From assembly GCA_951804945.1 (NCBI GenBank), contig OX638159.1, positions 30,690,001 through 30,754,000 on the forward strand: DNA of 64,000 nt. Reading direction: 5' to 3'. A program made the translations under genes and the position numbers. The notes under the pieces were generated by a model. The model saw only the letters and a list, made by a program, of their open reading frames with translations. It was not told the origin of the DNA and did not search any database. Below are positions 47,750-58,918 of this stretch, piece by piece. Origin of the DNA: Podarcis cretensis. Its lineage: Eukaryota. Numbering within the stretch: position 1 is the first letter of the stretch; every line of letters starts with the position of its first letter.

Positions 47750-49900
47750 TATAGAAAAGTGGTTGCAATACAGTCAAAGATGGGGTAGGAGATCCTTGTT
47801 TGGCCAATGCTTGCCAACCCCCACCATGACTGGTGCCTTCCATGATGTGTAGCACAACCATCACTGTCTCTACCATGACTCGGGTAGATGCCATTTCTTG
47901 GGTGTAGCATTTGGGTTATAGAAATATGGATTAGCTTGCAAGTCTAGAAGCACTTCATTACCTTCAGGCCCATTCACTTAATAGCCTTCCGATTAAGTGG
48001 CTTCATAATTAGCTCTTATGGTCCACCCAAGAAAATCCCATGGCCATTTTTTCAGCTGAATCTCCCTTGCCCAAGAAACAGTCACCATGCCATGAATCCA
48101 TTAAGAAGTGAGAGGAGCATCTCCCATGTTTGGCTGCCCAGACTCAATGCTACACAATTGCTGAAGAGGTGTTGGCATAGCCTTTAATATACTGATTTTT
48201 CTCTTAGAATTCAGCCAAGTGTTATTTCAACGTATTAAGCAGCCACCTCCCCAGAGAGCCAGCAGTTGCCATTAACCTTTTTAAAGATATCTTTTTTTAA
48301 AAAAAAGAAGACTCTTCTACAGAATGACTTCCAGACTCTCACAGAGAAGGCATCGGAATGGAACAGGAGCACCACAAAACTCTCCTTATTAATGTGACAG
48401 ATGGCCTGTATGCTTTTCGTATTTTTGTGCTTTACTTGTAACTCCTTCGCAGCTCCGTCTATGGGCTTAGGCATGCTTAAGTCTGCCTTCAGCATCAGGC
48501 CGCCAGTTACTAGGCAATAAGTGTCTCATGAAGAATTTCAGGTTAAAACTGGTAATTGCTGAAGCATGAATTCCTGCTATTGGATTGTTCCTGCAAGCGA
48601 TTACGGGAAAAGTGAGCAAGGAACCCAACAGGCTAAAATACATTTCTTTTTATATTGCAGTGATTTCTTTTTGTTAGGTAAAGGTTAGAGAAAATGAATA
48701 TTATTAAAAGAAATTATCTCAGAGGATTCCCCATGGGGGGAAATGGTCTTATGCTGGTTTTAAAACTCAGGTCTTAAATATGTTGCCTTAAAGAATTGCT
48801 AGTTAGTTAGCTACTGGATCAACAGAGGAGAATTATGTGCTGGTTAATCTCACTGACATTAGTGTTTAAAAAAAAAGAGGAGAAAATACAAATGCAAATT
48901 AGGAATGGGTTCATTTCTGTATCCTTGTCAATTTCATAGGTGTTTAACCATAATTTATTCCTGCTTTAATCTTCAATTTTAAAAATCATATCAAAATATT
49001 ATTCAAAGATTATTTTCATAGATATTTAAATATGTACAGTTTCTTAAGATACATATTTAAAGGTGTGTTGTGATATATTTTGAGAACATTGGGAACTGTG
49101 CTGTAACACTGAGAACTGCAGGATTCAAGCTGATGATAGATGAGGCCAGTGTAATATAAAGAGCAGCAGTGGATGGCATAGTGTGGCAGTGGTGCTCACC
49201 TGACCTCCAGAGAGTTGAGTCACTGATGTTTACCAGGAAGGAATAGGAAAGGGTAAAGCAACAGGGTGGTCAGCATGGTGCAAACACGCTGGCAGGAGCA
49301 CCAGATTGACTCCACCAGCACAATTGCACCATGCTGACCTCACTTTCCCAGAAAGTTGTCATGGTTGTCACTTTTCTCTGGGAAGGGCTCTGGTGCCTTT
49401 CATGGCGGAATTTCAGACAAAACAAAAACACCAATATGTGCAGCTTACCAATTTGTATGTTCAGAGAGGGAAGTTTTACCAGCTGTTGAAGGCTGTATGC
49501 TTCTGAATACCAGTTTCTGGAAACTGCAGGAGGGGGAGAGTGCCTCTGGCTGGACACTGAGAACTGTACGATGGACTAGATGGGTCATAGATCTGATTCA
49601 GCAGGCTCTTCTTATGTTCTTAATACCTGCCTGGCATGCAGCTCTTCTGGGGGACTTCCAGAAATAAAGATGACAACTCTAGAATAGGCATGAGATATCT
49701 CCTACTTTGGAGTGACAAGGGTCTTTTGTTCCATATCTGTAAGCATTTGGTGGCATTGAGACACTCTGTGGATAATAGTTGTACCACCTCATGCTAAATA
49801 GTTTTCGTGAATCTATAAAAATATATTAATTGCATATTTAAAACCCTTTGCCCGTTTTTCACATACATTTTCATTCATTGTTTGCATTTCCTCCTGTCAG

Positions 49901-50090
49901 TTCTGAACTATTGCTAAAAAATGCATTTCAACAGCCTCTTCAAATGTGGAACATGTCTTTCCCTGAAAACAGACTTGTCTGTTACACTTGTGTAAATGCA
50001 GACTGATGCGTTTGATTACAGACCAAACACAGAGAACGTGTGCTGTCAAAAATAAAAAGAAATACGATGACCCAAGACCTCTTGACCTGG
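49901..50090 (+). other. Candidate exon (190 nt; alternative weaker acceptor gives 69 nt, 50022-50090)
   Basis: Acceptor ttgcatttcctcctgtcag and strong donor TGG|gtaagt. Could supply a start (MRLITDQTQRTCAVKNKKKYDDPRPLDL). Peptide not recognised. Confidence 0.3.
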
Positions 50091-50923
50091 GTAAGTGTCT
50101 GAATATTGTGTGCATAAATAAGAAGTAAAAAAACCTATTCATTTCTCACGTATAGTCCATTATCTATTCTTTACAAACATTTCAACAAGAACCACCTCAC
50201 CTTTTTTAAAAATTAGGCCGAACTTGAATGTATAAATAACATTCTCTCAAAGTTCATATTTTCACAAAACCATCAAACACAGCGAAAAGGTGATCTTATA
50301 GCAAATGTTATTTAGCAATTCAAGTTTGGCCTCAAAAAAAAATAATAATGTGCTAGCCAATAAGGTTTTCAAAAAAAATGAAAAGAATGGCTATTGTTCA
50401 CTACCTATATATTCCTTCATCATCACTTTGAAAGAATTCTAGGCTCTATTTTACAAGAGGTTATAACAGAACCATCATTCCACAAGGCATCTTGAGACCA
50501 TTACCAGCTTATATCAATAGCTCAGCTAGCCCACTCTTTCATTTCCAAGGACGCACAGACAGTGTGTCTATAGAGTCAATGAATTTCAGTCCAGAGAAGT
50601 GACACAGCTGGAACCAATCTGATTTTTATAGCTTCGTAGTCTGTAGCCTCCCAGCAGTCCCTATGAGCGGAAACAGGAAGTGGCTTTTGGAAAGATTGTC
50701 AACAGTTGTACTCAAAGCAACAGGCCTGTAACTCATCATAAGCTCTGTTATGATGAACTAACCTTTCCCCTGCATGGTCCTGGAACTTTATTTCTTGGGG
50801 GGGGGGAAAGCCAGTGAACTCCTTTTCCCATTTCTTGACAGGCTAGTCTTCCTGGCCCTGATCCTGCCTTTCTTCTGGCCAATCTCAATTCCATCAATGA
50901 TATCAGCTGTTGTTAAGAACTAC

Positions 50924-51396
50924 CAGGGATATTTTTTAGCTGGAATGCAGCAGAATGGCATTCTGGCTACTCTCAGCTGGGCCCTGGAAGTGGGAGGAAA
51001 AACTTGACCAGCCTCAAGCAAAGCCCCACTGCACCTCCAGCTCATGAGGAGACCCTCCCCAGAACCCAAAGGAGACATTTTCTATGGGCTTCGAAGAAGG
51101 TCTCGTGAGCTGGAGGTGCAGCAAGGGTATGCTGAGGCCCTTCAGCCTCCCAGCTAATAGCTGACATGCGGGAAAGCCATGCCTCAGCTGAGCAAGCCCA
51201 CAGCTGCTCCAGTTCATGTGAGCCAGAGAGGAGCTTGTTAAGGTGCTCAGCTGAGGTGCGGAAGGCTCCTTGCACTTCTGCTGAGCAGCCTCAACAAGCC
51301 TCTGGCTCCTGAAGAGAAAGAAAAGATCATCTTTGGGCTCCAGAATGGGTCTTCTGAGGTGCGTTCCAGCACCTTTTTGTCCAGCAAAAAACACTG
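50924..51396. mobile_element. Probable hAT-derived non-autonomous element
   Basis: Ends CAGGGATATTTTTTAGCTGGAA / TCCAGCAAAAAACACTG are imperfect TIRs. TSD not preserved. Confidence 0.45.
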
Positions 51397-51949
51397 CTAC
51401 TTCCTATCTGTAATGCTGCAAATGCCATTTATATCCCAATTGGCCCTGATATGGAGAAAGTATTTACAAATGAAAAAGAAGGCGCAGAGGACAACAACAG
51501 AGTACGTACATTGAGCTGGAAGCATGTTTAAAGGCACAGTAGCAAGGCCAGTAATTAGATGACTCTTAAATTAAGCAGCTGGAGATTTTTCCAGGCATGG
51601 AAAAATGACATTTCTGCATATCAGGCTACTGTTGAAGGTCAGTAAAGAAAAAGAGGACAAGCCTAGGCATTCATCAATCCCAGAATGCCATTTGAGCCAA
51701 TTTCTCAAGAAATCCAAACAGCAGGTCAGGATGGAGCAAAGTGATGGTTCCAACACCACCACAAAAACCTTACTGGCTAGCACAAGGCACAGTGGTAGGT
51801 GGAGCAGTTTCCATACTACCAGCGCCATGCTGGAACAGCTGACAGGTCAAGCCCCTCAGGGGATGCAGCAGATTCAAAGCCACCACTAGCCCCCTACCCT
51901 GCCCTAAAATGCCTCATTTAAAAATTCAACACCTGCTAATGCTCTTAGT

Positions 51950-52300
51950 GGGATGTGGGTGGCGTTGTGGATTAAACCACAGAGCCTAGGACTTGCCAAT
52001 CAGAAGGTCAGTGGTTCGAATCCCCATGACGGGGTGAGCTCCCGTTGCTCGGTCCCTGCTCCTGCCAACCTAGCAGTTCGAAAGCATGTCAAAGTGCAAG
52101 TAGATAAATAGGTACCACTCCAGCGGGAAGGTAAATGGCGTTTCCATGCACTGCTCTGGTTTGTATTGCTTAGTTATGCTGGCCACATGATCCAGAAACT
52201 GTACGCCGGCTCCCTTGGCCAATAAAGCGAGATGAGCGCCGCAACTCCAGAGTCGGTCATAACTGGACCTAATGGTCAGGGGTCCCTTTACCTTTACCTT
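51950..52300 (+). mobile_element. Sauria SINE, full length
   Basis: Closely similar to 22507-22856. (ACCTTT)n tail. Degenerate TSD TAATGCTCTTAG / TAATGCCCGTAG. Confidence 0.95.
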
Positions 52301-53212
52301 TAATGCCCGTAGCTTACCGGCCACCTGGGTGAAGCTAGGGCAATCAACCAACCAGCGTCGCACTCCTCTCCATGAGTAGAGTGTATGTGAAAATCTAACA
52401 TACACACCCCGCCACCATCAGCTGGATGAAATGATAGTTGGGATAGCACTACGTTTAATCTAAGTTTTCACATTACAGAATAGCCCCGTTTTCTACAATT
52501 CTTTTTCTGATGTTGGCAAATGGCACAAGGACAGCAGTTACATTCATTTTGCACAAATGAATATGCAAGGCCGAGTGCGGTGGAGGATCAAATGGAAGCG
52601 AGAATTTAAATAGCTATTTCTTCCACAGTTGAATGGCTCATTAATGATTTGCTAGATAAGGTAGAATGGGTACTTATGGCTGACATTTCCATGCTAATTT
52701 GCTTATTTTGTGAAAAATTATGGCAAATTGTTGGACTCCAATTCCCAATAGCTACAGAATGGGCTGGGATGGTGGAAGTTGGAGCCCAACAACAGCTAGA
52801 TGATAGCCAGTTCTTCATTTTTGATATGGAGTGCCCTGCACCCTACAAACCTCTGGAAGGTTTAAGACCTACCAATGAACCCCTCTTCTGAGTTGTGAAT
52901 TTAGTTCCTTCTCTTGTGGTGTTTCAGAAGTAGATAAAGATGATCCCATTCTGTTCTGCTTAGAGAAATTAGGCCTGTTAGGTGTCTGTCTGTTTATTCT
53001 TTTCCCATTTGTAGGTTTTTTTCTGTTTGTGATTTAAAGGGTCATCTTGTTTGGGCGAGTGGCAGCTGAACAAGCAGTTCAGAAACCTTGTCAAGAAATA
53101 AATATATGAAAGACTAAATATACATTCATAAATAAATGTGTGTTGGTGCCATGATGTGGAGAGTTCCCAGACTCTCCCAGAAACAATCTGGCATGAACAT
53201 GGAGATATAAAC

Positions 53213-53871
53213 TGTTCTGAATCACTGGCCTACCTGGCAGTGAGTCCAAAGTCCAGGGACCAATCCACACCAGCAAAGTCCAAAGGTCAGGAAGCACAGC
53301 CCAGGGTCAATCCAAGTAGCCAAGTCTGAAGTCCAGCTGTCAGGACACAGCCCAGAGTCAAACCCAAAACACAGTACTGTGGAGATTCAGGAGCATCCAA
53401 GCCAAGGCCCTTCAACATGGGCAGTTGAGCATACACAGGACCTCAGCTCTGCTGCCCTTTTATACTCTGCATTCTGATTGCAGCACCTGGGCTTGATTAG
53501 GCATGGGACCCTCACCTGTTCTGAGCCTTCTCCAGCTAAGGAATCACACACCTCGTCTCAGAGCTAGGGAGCTCCACCTGGCCAGCTAAGGAGCTGGGCT
53601 ATGGGCCCTTGCCTGCCTCAGCCTCCTACAGTGGTGTACTCCAGTTGCTCTCTACGTCTCAGAGCCTGCTATGTTTGTGGAGACAGGGCCCTCTCTGGCT
53701 CTGATGATGGGTCCTGCTTGCTCTGGTTCCTGTGTACTGACCTTCATCCTCTCACCATCCTCCATCACTCTGTGAGTACTTCCCCTCCCCCATCCTCTGC
53801 TTGCCCCGGTGTATCCCAGTCCTGGCTGACCCCTCTCTGGGATCTTCTTCTTCCTCTCTGTCGTCCTGACA
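53213..53871 (-). mobile_element. Solo LTR (~660 bp)
   Basis: TG...CA termini and perfect 5-bp TSD TAAAC (53208-53212, 53872-53876). Minus strand has a TATAAAAG box near 53457-53464. Purine-rich GAGG start like the LTR at 6939. Confidence 0.7.
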
Positions 53872-55310
53872 TAAACCAAGTAATGGTGGCTGTTAGTAAA
53901 CCATTATAGCTTTACACTTGCCATGGTAGTGCAGTCTTCAACTGCCTCTCTGGGGAAAGTGTAACCTGCATCAGTCCTCAGTGCTAAGATTGTGTTTCCT
54001 ACCACTCCCTGTTCAAAAGGTGGTCTGACCAGAGAAACTCCTGTGCCACACTAGGAAAGGCAGCTCAGGCTTTGAGAACTGACAGGGCCACAAGGGCCCC
54101 CAGGAATAATGTGGTGGTCTTTGCTAATAACTAGGATTGTGGTGACTTACTTTGGGTTCAATCCAGATGAATCAGTGCTTTGACATTGTCTTCAGTAAGA
54201 TGTGGATTGTAAGCTGTGGGTTACAATCAGGTAAGTGGTCCAACTCCCCTTTACCCCCCTGTAACTACACTTACCTGTTGTGTAAAAGTTGGACCACTTA
54301 CATGTGATTTAAAAGTAGCTATAGGGGACACGGTTTGGCTAAAAATCGGCAAGACACAGATGATAGGGTTTCTGGATTTTATTATTTCTCTCCCCCCCCC
54401 TTTCTAATTCAAGCACAGCTGCAGGGATTTTGTATTGATCACCTTAGACCATGAAGGCAAATAATTAAACTCTCTGATCCAAGAATGGACAGTTTCTTTG
54501 AAAACAAGTGCTCCCAATTCACTGGGAAGGCAGCCAAAATGTCGCTGGCACTTACGAGGAATAGGAGTGGGGATGGTCGCAGGAGATAAAAGAAAATCTA
54601 ATCTGTGGGTGATGTGTAAATGAAATAATGATTAAGAGAGGAATCTATTAAACGTGAGGAGGAAGGGATAATGTGGCCTATGTGGGCTATTGGAATTGGT
54701 AGACAAAGACATTGCCTTCTCTGGACCACAGAAGAGAAGTGTTGGGTATGAATTATGGATGCTACGGCTTGTGAAAGGGATTGTCGGCCATTAATTTATC
54801 TGAGGTTAAACAAAAGAGCAGAAAGCCTCACAGCGTTGACCTTCACAGAGCACATGAAATGTGAAGATTTTATCACTGGGTGACTGCAGAAACCATTATG
54901 TCATACGGAAAGTAGCGATAAGTATTGGGCTTCAATTATATCAGACATCAGCATCCATCAACATCTATAAATAATATGAGAAAACTCTTAGGCCTGAAAT
55001 GCATGCTGCAGGGAAACAATTGGGCATCACCATGTTGAATCTCTTTCCACATTTCCCTCATAATGTGCACTGGGTGGTGGGGCTGGAGAAATGATGTGCT
55101 ATCATCCCATTAGCATTTCCTGCTATCAAAGAAGTACAATAGGGGGCAAGGAAACACAAAGAAGGTTGTGGAGACTTGTGACCATCCAGATGTTCAACTC
55201 CAGCTTCTCTCACCTCCAGCCAGCAAAGTCAAATATCAGGGATATGGAAATTGTAATCAAGCAACATCTGGAGACACACATGTTCCCAACACAAATGCAA
55301 TGATTTCACA

Positions 55311-55444
55311 TCAGTGCAGCATGAGACTCTTAATCCCAGAGTTGTGGGTTCGAGCCCCACGTTGGGTGAAACATTCCTGCATTGCGAGGGGTTGGACTAG
55401 ATGACCCTCGTGGACCCTTCCAACTCCACAGTTCTGTGATTCTA
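55311..55444 (+). mobile_element. tRNA-Lys-derived SINE with CR1-type tail
   Basis: AGCATGAGACTCTTAATCCCAGAGTTGTGGGTTCGAGCCCCACGTTGGGTG follows tRNA-Lys(CUU), then GGGTTGGACTAGATGACCCTC...TTCTGTGATTCTA. Confidence 0.9.
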
Positions 55445-55447
55445 TTA

Positions 55448-55700
55448 TAGTGGTACCTCGAGTTACAAACGCCTCAGGTTACAAACGCTTCAGGTTACAA
55501 ACCAGGTTAACCTGGAAGAATTGCCTTGAGTTGAGAACTTTGCCACAGGATGAGAACGGAAATTGTGTGCCAGCGGTGCAGCAGCAGCAGCAGCAGCAGC
55601 AAGAGGCCCCATTAGCGAAAGCACGCCTCTACTTAAGAACAGTTTCAGGTTAAGAACGGACCTCCGGAACAAATTTAGTTCGTAACTAGAGGTACCACTG
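55448..55700 (+). mobile_element. Tigger/pogo-type MITE with internal (CAG)n run
   Basis: TIRs (T)AGTGGTACCTC / GAGGTACCACTG, TA flanks. Same family as 47508-47749. Confidence 0.9.
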
Positions 55701-55859
55701 TACTTTAGGGGAGGGGGCCATCCGTGGAGACCATACCTCCTTCCTGTAACATAGAGCTAGGTCCTTAGATCCAAATAGTATACAGTACTTCCACAATATA
55801 TCTGATGGAAAGATCACCATCCTTTCCTTGGAAGTAAATGTCATTGAAACTAATACTAC

Positions 55860-56076
55860 CAGTGTAGTAAAGTGCTTAGTGTGTTAGCCTGGGACCTGGG
55901 AGACCAGGGTTCAAATCCCCACTTTGCCATGAAGTTCACTGGGTTGACCTTGGACCACTCACTGTCTCTCGGCCTAACCTACCTCACAGGGTTGTTGTGA
56001 GGAGAGGGAGACCCTTATACACTACTTTAGGCTCCTTGGAGAAAAGGTGGGCTATAAAAGCCATAAACAAATAAAA
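55860..56076 (+). mobile_element. tRNA-derived CORE-type SINE (Squam3/MIR-like)
   Basis: B box GGTTCAAATCCCC, core AACCTACCTCACAGGGTTGTTGTGAGGA, tail GAAAAGGTGGGCTATAAA. An antisense fragment lies at ~1185-1242. Confidence 0.8.
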
Positions 56077-57457
56077 GAAATACCTCAAAGTAATTAGAAG
56101 TGAAGAAATCTAAGGAAATCACCATCCCAATTACCCATACTATACTATGTAATAAATAATATGTCATCAGATCCTTTGAACAGAGGGGCTAGTTAGCATG
56201 ATAAGTAGGCCGAGGTGCCCTGTCCTTCTATGCTGGAGAAAGAGTTTAGGTTTTTTAATATACAGTATATATAACCCCAAGGGTAGAGTGGGGTGTTATA
56301 AGATACAATGTGAGTTGTAGGGAGCACTGCTTGCTGAAAAGTGTGGTATTAGAGGACAGTCAGCAAAAAAACAAACAAAAACAAAACAGGAAACAGTGAA
56401 GGAAGAAGTGCCTGGGCTTAGGCAGAATCCTAGAGCAATGCAGCTGCACACCTGTTGTACAATCTTTCATTTTGTAACTAAACCTTGCTGATACTTCACT
56501 TGCATGACTCAGTTACCTGGGGCAACAAAACAAAGAGTGCTAGATGAAACTGACATAAGGTAGCTGTTGCCTGTAGGACCCACTTACAGTCACTGCTATT
56601 AAGAGGTGGTGGGTGCAGTGGGTGCAGTTTAAAGTTTTCTTTATAGTTTTTATCGCTACAGTACCAACAACTGACCAGCCAAGCAACTTTTGAAACATTG
56701 CAAATATAGCCAACTCACGGGAGTCTGCACCACAAAAGAAGGTGTGCAATCCTTAGTTAACAGGGAAGGGAGTCTGTTAATATTTTATACTCTTAAACAG
56801 CTCCTCTGTACGATCAGTTCATGGCCTCAGGAGAAAACGGGTTAGGACTTCAGTTTGAAAAGATAAAGACACTCTTAAATTGGTTTCTTTGTATACCTAT
56901 ACTAGCTGATTCAATGCCCTCAAAGGGTTCCCAAGGTGGCCTAGAACATTGACATGATACAAAATTGTACAAAATCATGCCAAATTAAAAACAGGGAACA
57001 CTGAGCAGGAAAGCACACAAGCCACACATCCATTTAGCAGGCAAGAATTTAAAACAGAGTCTCCCTCCCCTCACAGTTCTTCCTCTGGAAACAGCTGCCC
57101 CACAAAGGCTCCTAGGGCTGTGAAAATCCAAGGCTGTTAGGCTTTGGAGTCTCCCCTAGAAATTTGATGTTGAGCAAGATCTGTTGGAGTGTCAATATGT
57201 GGAACTTCCATTTTATGCTCAGCCTGTATATATTTGTAAATAGACCTTGTATCACAGAAATGCAAAAAATAAAACAGGTCAAAGGCCTGGTGGAATTTAA
57301 ATATTTTAACCACCTGCCTAAAAGCGATCAGTGAGGGAGTCAATGGGACTTTTATTGACACTGCGTGTTGCAACTGAGAGGTCCTGTCCCATCTGTCAAA
57401 CATCCAACTGTACCTCTGCCAGGGGGTGGCACATGGTGCAAGAGCTCTGGTGATGCC

Positions 57458-58006
57458 CAGGGCTGAATTTAAGTTTGATGAGGCCCTAAGCTGCTGAAGG
57501 TAATGGGGCCCGTTATATGTCCAGCTGTCCTTTGTCAACAACAAATTGTCGCTGTTTTTTGTGCTGAATATATGATATATGGTAATTTATGGACCTAATA
57601 GGTATTTAAAGCCATTTGCACATAACAAAATATGTATTTTATCAAATTAATTGTTGAACTTATCTTATATTTTGGAAATGTACATCAAGCTTTCCCCCCT
57701 CTAATTTTTTGGGGGGTCCCCAAGAGAATGGGGTCCTAAGCTATAGCTTGTTTAGCTTATACAGTGGTAACCTCGGGTTAAGAACTTAATTCATTCTGGA
57801 GATCTGTTCTTAACCTGAAACTGTTCTTAACTAGATGTACCACTTTAGCTAATGGGGCCTCCCGCTGCCGCCACGCCGCTGCCACACAATTTCTGTTCTC
57901 ATCCTGAAGCAAAGTTCTTAACCTGAGGTACTATTTCTGGGTTAGCGGAGTCTGTAACCTGAAGCATCTGTAACCCGAGGTACCACTGTACGTAAATCCG
58001 GCACTG
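57458..58006. mobile_element. hAT non-autonomous element containing a nested MITE
   Basis: TIRs CAGGGCTGAATTTA / TAAATCCGGCACTG. Flanks GTGATGCC / GTGATGAT (6 of 8 match). Confidence 0.75.
57762..57988 (-). mobile_element. Tigger/pogo-type MITE, inverted
   Basis: TIRs CAGTGGTAACCTC / GAGGTACCACTG, TA TSD. Reverse complement of the 47508 family. Confidence 0.92.
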
Positions 58007-58900
58007 GTGATGATGGCACATGCAGGGCGGGGGTGTCCTTCAAATATCCTGGTCTCAAACCAGTTAGGGCCTTGTAAGTCATAACCAGCGCAGTGAATCG
58101 AGCCTGTAAATGAACCCAAAGTCAGCACAGGTTAAATAAAACGGGAGTGAGTGACCATGACGTCATCCGGAAAGCAAATACCAGAAACAACTTTGGCCGC
58201 TGCGTTTTCCGCTAGCTGCAGCTTCGAAATCATGTTTAAGGGCAGTCCCAGGTCAAGTGCATTACAGATGGTACAGCTGTCAAACAGGGAAGATTTTCAC
58301 AGCACAGGACTGAAGCCAAACTAAGGCATTATTCCCTCATAACCGAGGACAGTGTGTCAAGATAACTATGGCTTGAAATCATTTGCCTACCAGGCATTTA
58401 CATAAAGCCAGTTTTAAAAACTCCCCTGGTTTCTTTTAGTTTTGTTCTCGGGTGTGTGTTTCAGCTGCACAGGGTAAGTTTATTCAAGCAAGCTTCTCCT
58501 TCCTGAAAGTCAAAATATACTGTTGAACGTACAATTACACAATCCCCTAGCCATTGTCAGTGGGGGATTACTCAGAGGCATTTGAGTGCCATTGTGGAGA
58601 AATTGTCCAAAGCCTTACCCGAAGCCCTCAGATAACCTCTGCTTTTGTTGAAGTCTGGTTTCAGAATTCAGGTATGTGTGTAGGTGTTGATGTGTTTTTT
58701 CTGGATGGGAGACAGGAATTTTGATGAGATTTGTATTAGATGGCTCCACCAGGCTTTTTTATTTCTTTCATATTTTTTTCCTAGAAGGCAAGCCTTACTT
58801 GAACCACAATCCTATAAAATGCAGAAACATTCCTGCTGCCCTTACAGCATGGATTGAGGCAGGAACTCTTTAAGCCCCCCTGCCCCAAACCTCAGCTGAA

Positions 58901-58918
58901 CAGCGCCACCTATAGGTG
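58901..58918 (-). promoter_or_regulatory. Candidate CTCF site
   Basis: Reverse complement CACCTATAGGTGGCGCTG fits the CCnnnAGRKGGCGC core. CpG retained in unique sequence. Confidence 0.45.

Larger units (their letters stand above)
57250..58270 (-). mobile_element. L2 LINE 3' fragment interrupted by hAT and Tigger elements
   Basis: TCAAAGGCCTGGTGGAA...CTGCCTAAAAG on the left. GGGCCTTGTAAGTCATAACCAGC...TTGGCCGCTGCGTTTT on the right (antisense of the QNAAA / YKAL region). Confidence 0.6.

Noticed and set aside
56148-56527. TG...CA bounded LTR-like stretch
   Set aside because: Flanks do not form a TSD.
58647-58675. VEVWFQN, a homeodomain helix-3-like peptide
   Set aside because: Not followed by RR/basic residues, and the upstream frame lacks helices 1-2; treated as chance.
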